64,000 bases of DNA from Malacoraja senta. Its lineage: Eukaryota. The notes under the pieces are model-generated. The model was not told the DNA's origin and did not search any database. It saw only the letters and a program-made list of their open reading frames with translations. The stretch spans positions 4,900,001 to 4,964,000 of the forward strand of contig CM075996.1 in NCBI GenBank assembly GCA_038087875.1, given 5' to 3'. Shown piece by piece: positions 48,117-61,615 of the stretch. The translations under genes were made by a program, and so were the position numbers. Numbering within the stretch: the first letter of the stretch is position 1; every line of letters starts with the position of its first letter.

Positions 48117-51100
48117 GTCTCTTTCAGAACTTTGGCGAATCACTTTTGAAGCAGTCACGGTTGTAATGCAAGCAACACAACATCTACCGAGGCACATCTA
48201 CAAGAAGTCACAAAGGGCAACAGTAAATGACCAGATAGTGTTTTCATTAAGGAGAGTGTCTGCAGGGGACAGCTCACAAAGGAAAGAAGCACGGAATCCC
48301 GACTGATAAATGTATCACAAAGAACTGCAAATGCTGGTTTACAATTAAGACAGAGAGCTGGAGTATCTCAGCAGGTGAGGCAGCCTCCCTGGAGAAAGAA
48401 AGGACTCGACCCAAAAGGTCACTTATCTACATTCTCCAGAGATGATGGCTAACCCACTGAGTTACTCCAGCACGTTGCCTTTTTCAGAGAAATAGATATT
48501 GGGCAGGATTTCTCTTCCAGCTGCAAATTTTACATCCGCCCGTGGTGCAATAAGGGTTCAGTTTATCATCTCATTTGATAGATTCTCCTCTCTCTATATA
48601 TATATAACGTCAGGATTCATGTGCAGTGCCAGTCGAGATGGTGAACTCAAGGATACAGACCTTACAATAGCTGATGGAATCTTGAATGAGACACATCTAC
48701 CTCAAGAATAAATGTCAAAACAGAGGAGAAATTTTAAGAACATTAAGGAATGCGAGGTTGTGCACAGCACTGTTGGGAGTTTGTCATCAACGTGGGCATC
48801 ATGTCACTTGTTAGTGAATTGAAGGAAAGATTATTGAAGGATAGAAGACCAAGGATCTTAAGTGAAAGATAACACAAGCATGGGGCATGGTCCAGAGTTC
48901 ACTTATGTTCCTTCTGGCATATGCCCAGTTAATCTGGTCCCAGGTCAGTGTAACTCACCTGGAGGGACCAAGGATGCAGAGCGACAACCTCAATGCCTCT
49001 ACCAGTGTTTGCAAGAAAGCTGCCTCCAGCCACTCCTTTATTGGAATTGGATTGAATGGGGTTTCTACCAAGAAGTAAGGGACAAACACAGGCAAATGGG
49101 ACTAGTGTAGATGGGACATGTTGGTGTGTGTTGGGCCAAAGAACCTGTTTCCACACTATATGACCCTATGTGTTAATAAATTAAAACACTAAAATGTCAC
49201 TTACACACAGTGCAGCGGAGTTAAAACAGGAACAGAAAATGCTGGGAGGCCACCACCATTTCTGGAAAGAGTAGAGTACACATTTCAGGTCAAAGACTCC
49301 GATGATGCAGTCTTTTGCTTTTACTTCATACTCCAGTTTTTGATTTTGTATTAAAACAGGTTCTACTTACCGTCTGTCCCTTTCCATGCATTGTATTCCG
49401 TGTTTAACACAATGCAGGCCCAGCAAGTGGTCTTCCCAGCCCGAGAGCTAGGAACTCTGTGGAAGTCTGCAATGCTCCTTCAGAGGTGGTCACCAGCAGT
49501 GTGCAGTGCCAGTCGAGACAGCAGAGTAGAGACCACTGTTGCTGGCTTTAATCCGTCAACAGACTTTGGGGCGCATTTAGAGATGTAGCGACAATTGAAC
49601 TAAGTGGAGGAACCCTGATAAAAAAAAATCTGTCCAAATAGCCAGTTTCAATTCTACTTTCTATGCAGTTTAGCTTCGAGATAGTCTGTAAACTGGTGCT
49701 TTGGCCCACATCGATCACCAATCACCCCGTTTACACTAGTTCCATGTTATTCCACACCCTACACACTAGGGACAATTTACAGCAGCCAATTAACCTACAA
49801 ACCCGCATGTCTTTGAGATGTGGGAGGAAGCCGGAAACCTACATGGTCACAGGGAGAACGTGCAAACTCCTCACAGACAGCACACAAAGTCAGGATCAAA
49901 CTCAGGTTTCTGGTGTTGTGAGACCAACCCATCGCATGACACAAGTGGCTCAGCATCTGAGAAGCACATATTTCTAACAGCCTTTACACAATGAAACGAA
50001 ACTCCGCTGCAATCTAATTTCATTTGGTGCAAGACCTTTGGTGCAGAGATGGCCGAGATTCTTCTTGAGGAAATAAAACCATTTATCTCAAACCAATAGA
50101 AAATTAAAGCATCATTTGTATTTCCACAAGCCAGATGCAGGTCAACATTCTGAACCTCTTATAAAAGGTGTGTGTGGTAATGGAGAATGAAACCGAATAT
50201 TTCAGCAAACAAGCTGACCATCTTTGACGCTTCAATTATAGTCCATGGGCTGAAATTCATGGCCCTCATTTATTGTCCACGGAGAAAATTCAGATGAATT
50301 GCTGTAACAAGCACATAGACATTAAGTTGCTTCCTTCACCATTCTAAGCATCAGCTAAATAATTAATGTACTTTCCTGAACCAGCCCCAGAACTCCTAAA
50401 GCTTTCGTCAAATGTTTTTGAGTCGATTGCCATGTGTTAATCTGAAAAGTACAATTCGCCCCAGATGTTTTTTTGTCGGGACCACGACAAAATGTGTTTA
50501 GAGTCGAGAAGCACAGCATGGAAACGGGCCCTTTGGCCCACCAAGTCCATGATCAATCACCCATTCACAGCGGTTCTATTATTGCACTCTCTCATCCGCA
50601 CCCCCTATACAATTTACAGGGGCCAGTTAACCCACATGTCTTTGCGATGTGGGAGGAAACCGGAGATCATAGATGAGGTTTTAGAGTGAATGCGCAAACT
50701 CCACACAGACAGCACCCGAGGTCTGGATTAAACCGTGGTCTCTGGCGTGTGAGGCTGCAGCTCTACCGGCTGTGCTGCAGTACCAAAATATTAAAGATTT
50801 TGTATTAGAATCTCCAATCTACCTCGTTGGTCACTTCAACCAAGTTTTATCAAGCTTTTTAAACTAGCGGTAAAAAAAACATGACCAAAGTTATGGTCAC
50901 AAAGTTTCGGAAAATTGTGAAATAACATATGATCTTGCATTATTGCATCCAGATAATCAGAGAGAAGCAGTGATTGGCATATTACCTTAATAACGCTACT
51001 GAGCTCGAGGTTTGAAAGCAAAGCGCATTTGACCTTTTATACCAGTGCAGAACCAAATAGAGTCCCATTTTCCTTATAGCTCTGCAGTTTTTGTTTGCTG

Positions 51101-51433
51101 TTGTGCATCTCAAGTCTATCCCCAAAGACTTGGTGCAATAATAAAACGATTCCATATTTTTATCATGAAAAGTCCCAAGGAAGTGCACAACTTAGCAAGG
51201 GATCAATGCTCTCTGTACAAACTAAATGAGAAGTGATCATAATCTTGGGGAAGAACATTGTTTGGTGGACAGCATAAGAACAAACTGTGCTTGTATACCA
51301 ATGTTAAATTTTAAGATAATCATATTACAGAGTCAGTTCATTTTCATAACATTGTTAAATATAATACATAAACCAGAACATATTCTTCTCCAACTGTACA
51401 TTTTTAAAGGTCTTTGTATCTGGAAGGTTGCCT

Positions 51434-51436
<3 letters not shown>

Positions 51437-51484
<48 letters not shown>

Positions 51485-51490
51485 ACACAC
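51437..51490. repeat. (GT)n(GC)n(AC)n microsatellite
   Basis: Read directly from the sequence. Confidence 0.9.
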
Positions 51491-53255
51491 ATGCTCTCAC
51501 ACAACAGTGCTGGTTTCGATGGGGGTGAATCCCTTCCCAGGGAATGGCCAATCTTTAGGACAATCTTGCCAAAAGGCTACATTCAAGCACCATAATACTT
51601 TGCTAAATATTTGCAGAGGTATTGAACTTTCAATGCTTTTTATACAGTACATGATATGTGCAGTTAACAAGTTTTGACGCTTCTTGGGGCAGCTGCAATG
51701 GGATAGAAAAATGTTATCACCAGAGTAAGCAACAATCTGCTGGAGGAACTCAATGGGTCAGGCAGTGTCTGTGGAGGGGAAACAGGCAGGCGATGTTTGG
51801 GGGTCGGGACCCTTCTTCACATGAGTGGAGGAGAGGATGAAGCTCAATCTCTGAAACAGATGCTGCCTGACCAACAGATTTCCTCCAGCACTTTATTATT
51901 TGCTTGGGATTCCAGCATCTGCCGTCTCTTGCGACATTACTGGAGTACTCTTTTGCGTTTGTCGTGCGACCACTTTTCTGGACGATAGCCTAGAGAATGT
52001 TTGCATGAACAATGGAAAAATTGGTACAATAACAATCTGACACTTCAAAAGATCCAGGTTCTGCAATTTGTTCACTATATCTTCAGGCCAGGGTGTTGAT
52101 AACATCAGGACAATCGAGGTAACAAGCTGAAGGATATCTTTCCCTCTATTTACACGATGAGGAAGAAACATTTCTTTTAGTCCAGATTCATTGCTGCATT
52201 ATTGATAACTGTGCCCTGGTTAACAGCAGGGGCGTTTGGGAGAATGAAGAAACGATAAATGCTGAAATCTTGAGCAAAATATAAAGTGCTGGAGGAATGT
52301 ACGAGGTCAGGCAGAATCTGTGGAAGGAATGGGCAGATTACTTTTTGGGTTGGAATTCTTCTTCATCAGTCTGTCCATTTCCTCCACAGATGCCGTCTGA
52401 CCCACAGAAAGTACACACAGGCCAAACATTGTGCTGAGGACATTTTGAAGTGAGGACAGTTTCAGGCCCCCTTTCCTGAAGTTCTTCACAACCAATAGAT
52501 TCATTTTTAATAACACCCTGTGGTACAGAACAGATCCGAGAACAAGAGCTGGATGACTAACAATCACGTGGAATTTGGTGAAGACGGCTGAAGGTTGAAT
52601 GATGACCAGGGCACAGGTAAACTCTTCTCCTCAGGCATCTTCTAACATTCCTTTAGCAGAACGTCTCCAAAGGCAACACCTCCAACAATGCTTCAACTAA
52701 AACTGCATCGTCCCAATTATAATTTAACCACTTGAGATTTAAATTCTCAACTCGACGCGAGGTAAATGTGGATCACTTTAGATTTAAATTCTCAACTCGA
52801 CTGAGCTAAGTGGATACTTTACATTACAAAGATCATAGCTGCAACCCGTTTAACTTTGTTTATCCAGTCGGTATTGGTGCAGATTCTGAAAGCAGATTTT
52901 CTCCTCAAAACCTGCAATTCGATCCTTTTCCTCCCCCTTAAACAAGGGAAGGTTAACTTAAAAATGAATAGTTGGAATAAATTCTATCCCAATATTGTTT
53001 CAGTCCTGGTGATAAGTGGAGGGACACCATTTGGGGAGGATTTTATTACAACATGTCTGCCTTCTTAAGATCGCCCAGAAGAATTTGAAGATCACCTGAT
53101 TAGGGCTCGCTGTCCACCAACAAGACCACGGGATGAATAATCTGCAAATCCAAACCACCAAAAGAAAACACAATTTTGTTTTACGTTCACCTGCGAAGCA
53201 CCATAACATGCAGAGAGCATCCATTAAAAACAGGCAGTGTCGCTGTTGCACACAG

Positions 53256-53261
53256 TTTATT
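53256..53261 (-). terminator. Probable EP300 polyadenylation signal (3'UTR ~53235-54103)
   Basis: Minus-strand AATAAA about 850 nt after the stop, followed by GT/T-rich sequence; the AU-rich UTR is free of repeats. Confidence 0.55.
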
Positions 53262-54103
53262 CAACAATATGGTAAATAAGAAAGAAATCAATTTTAGCAG
53301 TCTATACAGTGATCCAAAGTTCATATTTATAAGTAATTATCAATAAATTGCATGATTTACACGTTTCTGGATAGGTTTTTTCTCTTTTTCTGCTTGCCCA
53401 TTTTCAAGTTTTACACAGAAGTCTGAAAGAGGAAAAACCAAGGGATGTTTTCAATAAAATCAGCCACACAGTTTTTTTTTCTAAAGGATCCTTCGATAGT
53501 CTCACCAAAAAAAATAAAATAAAAAGTAAAATGTCACCATTAAACTGAAAAACCCCACAATATTCTACATCCGCAGGACATTTGGCAGCTGCCAGTTTGT
53601 GCAATAGTCTCTCATTCTACCTGTACAAATTATTAATACTTTGAAATTTCTGTTCAAACCCTTGTATAGAAATGAAAAAAATTAAGGGAAGAAGGGGCTA
53701 CACAAGAGGTATGGTAATCCACTGTCGTCAAAAAAACAAATGTATACAGTAACGCAGGCTGTATTTTTTCTGTGAAATGCTTTGCATTAATGGACAATGC
53801 TTACAAGATTCTTTGAAGTTAGAAAATAAAAATATGAATTCAACTCTCCTTTTAAAAAAAATGTAGGTATGGGCAATCTGCAATTGAAATAACAGAATAG
53901 GAAAACAAAAAAAAGGACTGGCTGTTGACCAGTTATAACAAAAAATATATTCTTTGTATAATATCATCCCTCAGTTTTTTTTTCCTCAATAAATTGCAGT
54001 TTGTTGAATTCTGGGACAATTGTCCTCCCTAGAAATTTCAAAATTGTTTTTCAGTACAAAAACCCTAAGTAAAGACGAAAAATGAGAATTTGCTCCCAAA
54101 ATG

Positions 54104-54790
54104 CTACAAGATGTCTAGTGTATTGTGATTAATGTTTGTGCCTGTTAAGTCCGGGTTGTCAGAACCCAAGCCAAGGTCACTGGCGGCACCATGTAAGCCT
54201 GCCATTCCAGGGTTAGCAAGTTGAGAAAGCATTGCACTCTGGTCCGGAGCTGTAAAATGTCCTTGATCCATTGGATTTGCCTGGGCAGCTACCATTCCCG
54301 GATGTGGGGAGTTAGTCTGTGGCGAGACATGATGTGGAGACGGTTGAGGTTGCATCCTGGGCGACGGGCTGGAATGAGGTGGTTGGGACTGCGGGCGCGG
54401 TGAAGGCACGGGCTGCGGTGACCGTACCTGGTTGCTAAGAGAGGATGGGTGCTGGCCCTGGAGGTGAGGTGACTGGGCCTGGCCAGGGAGCATGTGCTGC
54501 TGTGGACTCATGGAGTTGGACTGGACTGGAGAACCCATCTGCTGCTGTTGTTGCTGTTGGAGAATTCGCTGCTGGAGGGCCTGGTGGAGACTTGAAGTGC
54601 CCTCTGCCCCCATTCCTGTTTGCGGAAGTTGGCTCATCTGTCCCATGGGTTGCCCCACTTGGCCCATGGCTCCCTGCTGCATGGGCATATGATGCTGTAT
54701 CCTCTGTTGCTGCTGCTGTTGCATGGGATAACCAGAACCTTGAGGTTGTTGGAACTGATTAGCCATTCCAGCAGCCATGCCAGGGCTCGA

Positions 54791-54846
<56 letters not shown>

Positions 54847-54965
54847 TCTGCTGCTGTTGCAAGAGCTGTCTTCGCATCAAGAGCTCCCGGAATTGGGAGT
54901 TCATACTGGGATGGCTCATGTTCATGGACTGTCCTTGTGCATTGATCACACCCATGCTTTGTTGC

Positions 54966-55006
<41 letters not shown>

Positions 55007-56416
55007 CTGAGGCATGTTGGGCCGTTGAACTCCAGACTGCATGGGGCTCATGTTCTGCATGCCTGGGTTGCCGTGAATGACTTGTTGTCCCTGAAGACTC
55101 TGCTGAGCCTGCATCCCTTGCTGGGGCTGCATTCCTGGCTGCCCCTGCATGCCTGCCTGGCCCTGGCTTCCTTGATACCTGGCTGCCCTTTGCTTGATGA
55201 AAGCAGCCATAAGCAGGGGGTTGGAGCGGAGAATAGCAAGCACTTGCTGTTGCTGCATCGGGGAGCTTGGGGACCTGAGAGTCCGCAGTAAGTCCTGCAG
55301 GGCTCCCTGGGGAATGGCACCTCGATTGGGCTGAGGCACTCCTGACGTAACTTGGCTCATGGGTGGTGGCGGCTGGGGTTGCATGCTCATTTGCAAGGCT
55401 TGCTGGGTCATCTGCATGACTGGTCTCTGCATTCCTTGTGGATGCTGCTGACTCTGGGCTATTCCAGCTTGGGCCCACTGTACCTGCTGCATGCTGGCTG
55501 GTCCCATTCCCTGATCCGCATGAGATGGGACTCTCTGCACCTGCTGTGGGTTCATGCTCATCCCAGCCATCTGATTCATGGGCGCAATGTGGGGATTCAT
55601 TACGCCGGGCCGTTGGAAAGGCTGCTGCTGTGCCATCAAACGCTGAGCATCAGCTGCTCTCTGAATCTGCAAGGCCATTTCCACTGCAGCTGCTGGTGGT
55701 GGAGGCTGTACAGGTGGCGTGACTTGGGTTGCAGATATTGCCTGACCAGTCGGCTTGCCTTGAGGTATAGGGGTCTGCGGTTGACTTCTTGTCATGCTGT
55801 TGTAGGAAGGCATGTTAGATGGTGGCGTAGGTTGGGGCTGGGGCTGCGGCTGGGGCTGTGGTGGAGCTGGGGGTTGGGGTTGAGGAGTCTGTGGGGTGCT
55901 GGGCTGCTGTCCTGTTGGTGTAGTGGGAGCAGTGCCACTCGGGGATGGCAAGCTTTGCTGTCCGCCGCCGCTTCGCTGCATGGTGGCCATCCTCCTGCGG
56001 AGCATCTGGGCTTGCTGTAGACGGTGCTGTAGCTGCTGCTGACGGAGCTTGTGCTTGATGTTGAGACAGAACGGCACAGGGCACTTGGTCTCTTGGCAGT
56101 GCTTGGCATGATAGCAACAGAGCGCAATAAGCTGCTTGCAGATTGGACAGCCGCCATTGGTCTTGCGTTTGCATCCCTTGGTGTGCTGGACCACCCTCTT
56201 CATCTTCTGGCAGGAAGGCAAAGAACAGTTGGCATTGCGGCACTGACACGCATGGACCAGTGACTGAATGCAACGCTGTATGCTCAGCCGCCTTGAATCT
56301 CCAGTGCTAGCTTCTGAACCTTGCGAGTTGCTCTCATCATCCAGGCCAAGGCCAAGCTTCTCCATCTTGTGTTCATGTCCTTTAGTGTTAAAGCAGTTGA
56401 CACAGAGGTCATAATC
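54104..56416 (-). CDS. EP300: EP300 terminal exon (end of ZZ, TAZ2, NCBD/IBiD, Q-rich tail)
   Basis: [14 protein letters not shown]...[23 protein letters not shown] (TAZ2), [15 protein letters not shown] (NCBD). The C-terminus SDLGLGSDN...NTLDIL is p300-type, not CBP-type. Confidence 0.95.
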
Positions 56417-57436
56417 CTAGGGCAAAGAAAAACAAGATGGTTCAACAACTCTTGCATCTTAACTGGTGTACAAAATCATTTATTCTCAATTGATAACATG
56501 AAAACGTCCCTTCATAAACAGCAATCGGACTGCATTATGGTTGTGCAAATTTTGTTTGTGCTACTTTGAATTTGGGACGTTTAATGATGATTTAATTATA
56601 CTTATAGAGTGAGGAATAATCAGTGGGTGTTTGCAGAGAACTTGCAATCCTTCTGGTTACGACACGTAAAAAATTACAAAAAGGGCGGCAGAATTCGCAT
56701 GCCTTAAAAGGTGAAAAGTATAGGAGCAATTAAAATAGTCAAAAGTCTGATTAAGGGGTATTAAGGTAAATTATCAAGTGGATCAAGAAAAGGATAAATG
56801 GAACCAAGATACAGATCAACCATTGCTTAAAGAATGGAAGAGGTTTGAAAGGCTGAACAGCTAACAAGTAGCTTTTGACACCAAGACAGTTTAAATCGGT
56901 AAAAGAACAAGCAATGGTAGACTCAGTGAAATATTCCAGAACCGATCAAATTCCTGATCTAAGTGATGGAAGGAGCAGCCACAGGGCCTGGCTTTATAAT
57001 CCCAAACATATGTTTTGATTCAAGGTGCAGGATGGAAACAGGCCCTTTGGTCCACCGAGTCCATACTGACCATTGATCACCCGTTAACACTAGTTCCATG
57101 TTTGCCCACTTTCTCATCCACTCCCTACACTCTCGGGGCAACTTTACAGAGGCCATTAAGTTACAAACCCGTGGGAGGAAAGCAGAGCACCCAGAGGAAA
57201 CCCACGTGGTCACAGAGAAAACATGTAAATTCTACACGGACAGCACCCAAGGTCAGGATCGCACCTGGGTGCCTGGTGCTGAGAGACAGCAGCTCTACCA
57301 GCTGTATCACTGTGCTTCAATTAATATTTTTTATATCGGAATAAAAAGAGCTTCAGTACTTGATTCTATACTCTGTTTGCCTAAATATCAAACTGGAAAG
57401 AGTGAACAGGAATAATAAACTAACACTAGTACGCAC

Positions 57437-57718
57437 CTCACAAACAGTGCAGTGCCACCTGGTCTCCACGTGGTGTTTGCACTCATTGCATGTATATACA
57501 AAGCGATCCTGGCCCTGGTTGTGAAGCTCCACCAGCATGCACATAGTTGACCACTTGGCTCGTCTCAGCGATGAGAACTCCATGTGCTTGTCCCTTGCCA
57601 GTGTGAGAAAGGCATCACGTCCATCCATCAGGTCACAGGCGATGAGAGGGTCAGGATCTAGGATGGTTGGCAATGAGTTTGAGTTGGGACCCGCAATCAG
57701 GCGGATCACAAAAAACAC
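57437..57718 (-). CDS. EP300: EP300 exon (HAT C-terminal part / ZZ start)
   Basis: VFFVIRL...DLMDGRDAFLTLARDKHMEFSSLRRAKWST...RWHCTVCE; 282 nt. Confidence 0.96.
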
Positions 57719-59131
57719 CTGCGGAACAAGATCGATTAGACAATTAGAATTCAAGACAAACATCATCATCATACCCAAATAAATATCTGAAAGTTTGTAT
57801 TTAATTTGTACAGGTACAAAGTACCTAACTGGGTGATGATGACACTACTACTGGGACTAACAGACATCTTACTGCCTTATCAAAATAATTCTCAAATTAG
57901 TACTATAGTATGGCCTGAAATGCATTACACAAACTAGTTCCAGTTGTTCATCCCATGCGCAAATTAAATACTTCCAGACTTCATCCTAATTCTATTTACA
58001 TTTTTGTTTTGTTTTTTGTTTGCAGTTAACAGATTTAAACCTTTTGTCCAACCAAATGTCTATTTTTATTTATTTTCAGTTTCCTTACAGATTGCAGTAG
58101 ACATTAGATTTATAACAACGCGTGCAGTGGAAAGTTTTACAATCAATGCAATGCATGCAGCTTAATTTGTCTGAAAAGTGCAGAGGGTAAGTATATTTCT
58201 CTCAGTCGGTTGCCAAAGGAGTTCAAATTGGCAATGGCTCAACTCCTTGAATGGGCCTAATGGTTAAATCTGCAGAGGGAAAGACTCTCTGCCAACCATA
58301 TCTGCTGTACAACATCTCCCTCCAACAATAAAGATCCAGGAAAATATTTCCATTTTCCTCAGTACGGGAGCCTCCTCCCAGTGGAGGCAGACACTGATGA
58401 TGAAATTCTGCATCATGTTCAATGACCATCATAAATTTTGTTGAGAGGAAAAGTATCTGAATATTGTGACCCAGAAACTGTGATTAAACTCATGGCCTTC
58501 CCTCCCACCAAGCTTCCGAGTAGTGCACCACTTACAGCACCGAAGAGATATCACCACCTTATCCCCGCAAAACCCTCCAAATCCTCGAACAGGATAAGTG
58601 GGCCAATGTCCATCCCTAAGACAACATCCTTTGCATTTGAGTCCTTGCTACCTGATGAGCAGGCCAACATTGTTTATATGCCCAACCTCACGACAGTCTA
58701 TTCCGAGGCCCATCACAACAAGAGAAAATGACCAACTTTCTCAAAACCACCTTGGGAAATAAAAGGCAACATCTCAACCTGGTCCTGAGAACCTCAGACC
58801 TAAAATGTCGGAGCATTAAGAGCCTCAAATCCATTTGCCAGGAGCACAGAGGCCCAAAGAAAATGGTGGAAGGAGCTCACCTCCCAACCTATTCAGCTTC
58901 CCAGCAAAACATCTCCTCACCTACCTGCGGTAGACTCAGCAGGTCCCACATTGGCTTCATTGGCCACTGCAGAGCACAAGTGGAAGCAAGTCATTCTCAA
59001 CCTCAAGGGACTAGCCAGGGGAAGATCTTTCTTGTTGCAGCATGAAAACCGAGCATCTATTTTAATGCAGGGACTATCACTGCTATACATGCCCTCATAC
59101 AGCAACAGAAAAGTAAACATTGGCCATTATA

Positions 59132-60359
59132 CAGTGCATTCAGAAAATATTCAGACCCCTTCACGTTTCCACATTTTGTTATGTTGCAGCCTTATTCTAA
59201 AATGGATTAAATTCATTTATTTATCATCAAACTACACACAATACCCCATAATAAAAAAGCGATAACAGGCGTTTAGAAATTCTTGCAAAGTAATTAAAAA
59301 GAAATAACTGAAATATCACATTTACATAAGTATTCAGACCCTTTACTCAGTACTTTGTTGAGGCACCTTTGGCAGCGATTACAGCCTCGTCTTCTAGGGT
59401 TTGACGCTACAGGATTGGCACACCTGCATTTGGGTAATTTCTCCCATTCTTCTCTGCAGATCCTCTCAAGCTCTGTCAGGTTGGATGGGGAGCGTCGATG
59501 TACAGCTATTTTCAGGTCCCTCAGAGATGTTCGATCAGATTCAAGTCCGGGCTCTGGCTGAGCCACTCAAGGACATTCACAGACTTGTCACAAAGCCACT
59601 CCTGCGTTGTCTTGGCTGTGTGCTTAGGGTCGTTGTCCTGATGGAAGGTGAACCTCTGCCCCAGTCTGAGGTCCAGAACGCTCTGGAGCAGGTCTTCATC
59701 AAGGATCTCTCTGTACTTTCCCTCGATCCTGACTAGTCTCCCAGTGTCTGCCGCTGAAAATTCAGGCCAAAGAGTTCAATCTTGTCCGGGCGGTCAGCTC
59801 TATTAAGAGTCCTGGTGGTTCCAATGTTCTTCCAGTTAAGAATGACGGAGGCCACTGTGCTCTTCGGGACCTGCAATGCTGCAGAAATTGTTTTATACCC
59901 TTCCCCAGATCTGTGTGTCGACACAATCCTGTCTCGGAGGTCTACGGACAATTCCTTCGTCTTCATGGCTTGGTTTTTGCTCTGACATGCACTGTCAACT
60001 GTGGGGCCTTATATAGATAGATGTGTGCCTTTCCAAATCATGTATGGTCAATTTAATTTACCACTGGTGGACTCCAATCAAGTTGTACAAGCATCTCAAG
60101 GGTAATCAATGGAAACAGGAAGCACCTAAGCTCAATTTTGAGTGTCATAGCAAAGGGTCTGAATACTTATGTAAATGTGATATTTCAGTTATTTCTTCTT
60201 AATTACTTGGCAAAAAATTTCCAAACACTGTTTTTTATTATGGGGTATTGTGTGTAGATTGATGATTAAAATTTTTTTTTTAATCCATTTCAGACTAAGG
60301 CTGTAACGTAACAAAATGTGGAAAAAATGAAAGGGTCTGAATACTTTCTGAATGCACTG
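59132..60359 (-). mobile_element. Tc1-family IR/DR transposon, internally deleted, in an EP300 intron
   Basis: TA|CAGTGCATTCAGAAA...TTTCTGAATGCACTG|TA; ~210-bp TIRs with inner TATTCAGACCC repeats; transposase remnants MKTKELSVDLRDRIV...GYKTIS and DLKIAVHRRSPSNLTELERICREEW. Confidence 0.92.
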
Positions 60360-60682
60360 TATATGGAAACAGTGGGGCTAGCTGAAGCACCAGCACCATT
60401 GCTTTGGTTCAAACCAGCTAAAGTAGCTCAGTGGTAAATTCTGTCTGCATAGTTTGTCCATCAAAAAATGTTTTCGATGAATGTTCATGGTATGCAGGTG
60501 TCTTCTCACTTAACCTTTGGAGGGTGTGTGGATACATACTTTAGAAATCTAATGGGCACAGAAAGAGGAGGAAATCAGAGGGGCAGCATATTCTTTATTT
60601 GATACAAGGAGACATGCATAACTAATGAAAAAGAAAATCAGCAATTACGTACAAAAAGACTACAGGAACAGGAGAAACATAC

Positions 60683-60844
60683 CTCCTTGTGCTTTTCCAT
60701 GGTGGCGTAGAGTTTCTGGGAGAGGTCATTCGACACATTGGGCATTCCTGGTTTCTTCTTGTTACCTCGGCTCAGGCTACTCTTATTCTTGCTCGTTTTC
60801 TTATTATTCTTTTTCTTTGCATTTTTGCTGTCTCCCTTCTTCCC
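60683..60844 (-). CDS. EP300: EP300 exon (HAT lysine-rich autoinhibitory loop)
   Basis: GKKGDSKNAKKKNNKKTSKNKSSLSRGNKKKPGMPNVSNDLSQKLYATMEKHKE; 162 nt. Confidence 0.96.
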
Positions 60845-61016
60845 CTGGAAAGATGCAAACTGACAGTTACAAAAAGTCAATGTTTATTTTAATTTGGAAA
60901 AGTTACATCAAACACAAATTCACTTCAACCCAGCTCCCCACTCGAATGGAACAGACAGGAAGAATTCAGGGCAGAAGTGACGCCGACCTGGCAATAAGAC
61001 AGGTCTTGCATATCCA

Positions 61017-61615
61017 GATTTGAGTATAGGAGCAGGGAGGTTCTACTGCAGTTGTACAGGGTCTTGGTGAGATCACACCTGGAGTATTGTGTACAGTTTT
61101 GATCTCCAAATCTAAGGAAGGACATTATAGCCATAGAGGGAGTGCAGAGAAGGTTCACCAGACTGATTCCTGGGATGTCAGGACTTTCATATGAAGAAAG
61201 ACTGGATAGACTCGGCTTATACTCGCTAGAATTTAGGAGATTGAGAGGGGATCTTTTAGAAACTTACAAAATTCTTATGGGGTTGGACAGGCTAGATGCA
61301 GGAAGATTGTTCCCGATGTTGGGGAAGTCCAGGACAAGGGGTCACAGCTTAAGGACCGAGATGAGAAAAAACTTTTTCACACAGAGAGTGGTGAATCTCT
61401 GGAACTCTCTGCCACAGAGGGTAGTTGAGGTCAGTTCATTGGCTATATTTAAGAGGGAGTTAGATGTGGCCCTTGTGGCTAAAGGGATCAGGGGGTATGG
61501 AGAGAAGGCAGGTACGGGATACTGAGTTGGATGATCAGCCATGATCATATTGAATGGCGGTGCAGGCTCGAAGGGCCGAATGGCCTACTCCTGCACCTAT
61601 TTTCGATGTATCTAT
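61017..61615 (+). mobile_element. CR1-clade LINE 3' fragment
   Basis: QRRFTRLIPGMSGLSYEERLDRLGLYSLEFRRLRGDL...FFTQRVVNLWNSLP and a CR1 3'UTR. Shorter copies at 3130, 7200, 37770, 39480 and 45035. Confidence 0.9.

Noticed and set aside
48620..49518. 19-bp direct repeat TGTGCAGTGCCAGTCGAGA (48620, 49500)
   Set aside because: Both copies lie in probable old SINE relics; no evidence of a TSD or function.
52735..52820. ~45-bp tandem duplication (AGATTTAAATTCTCAACTCGAC twice)
   Set aside because: Small local duplication within a decayed repeat.
54445..56273. Overlapping poly-Cys, poly-Leu and poly-Ala ORFs
   Set aside because: Alternative-frame or antisense readings of the EP300 CAG tracts.
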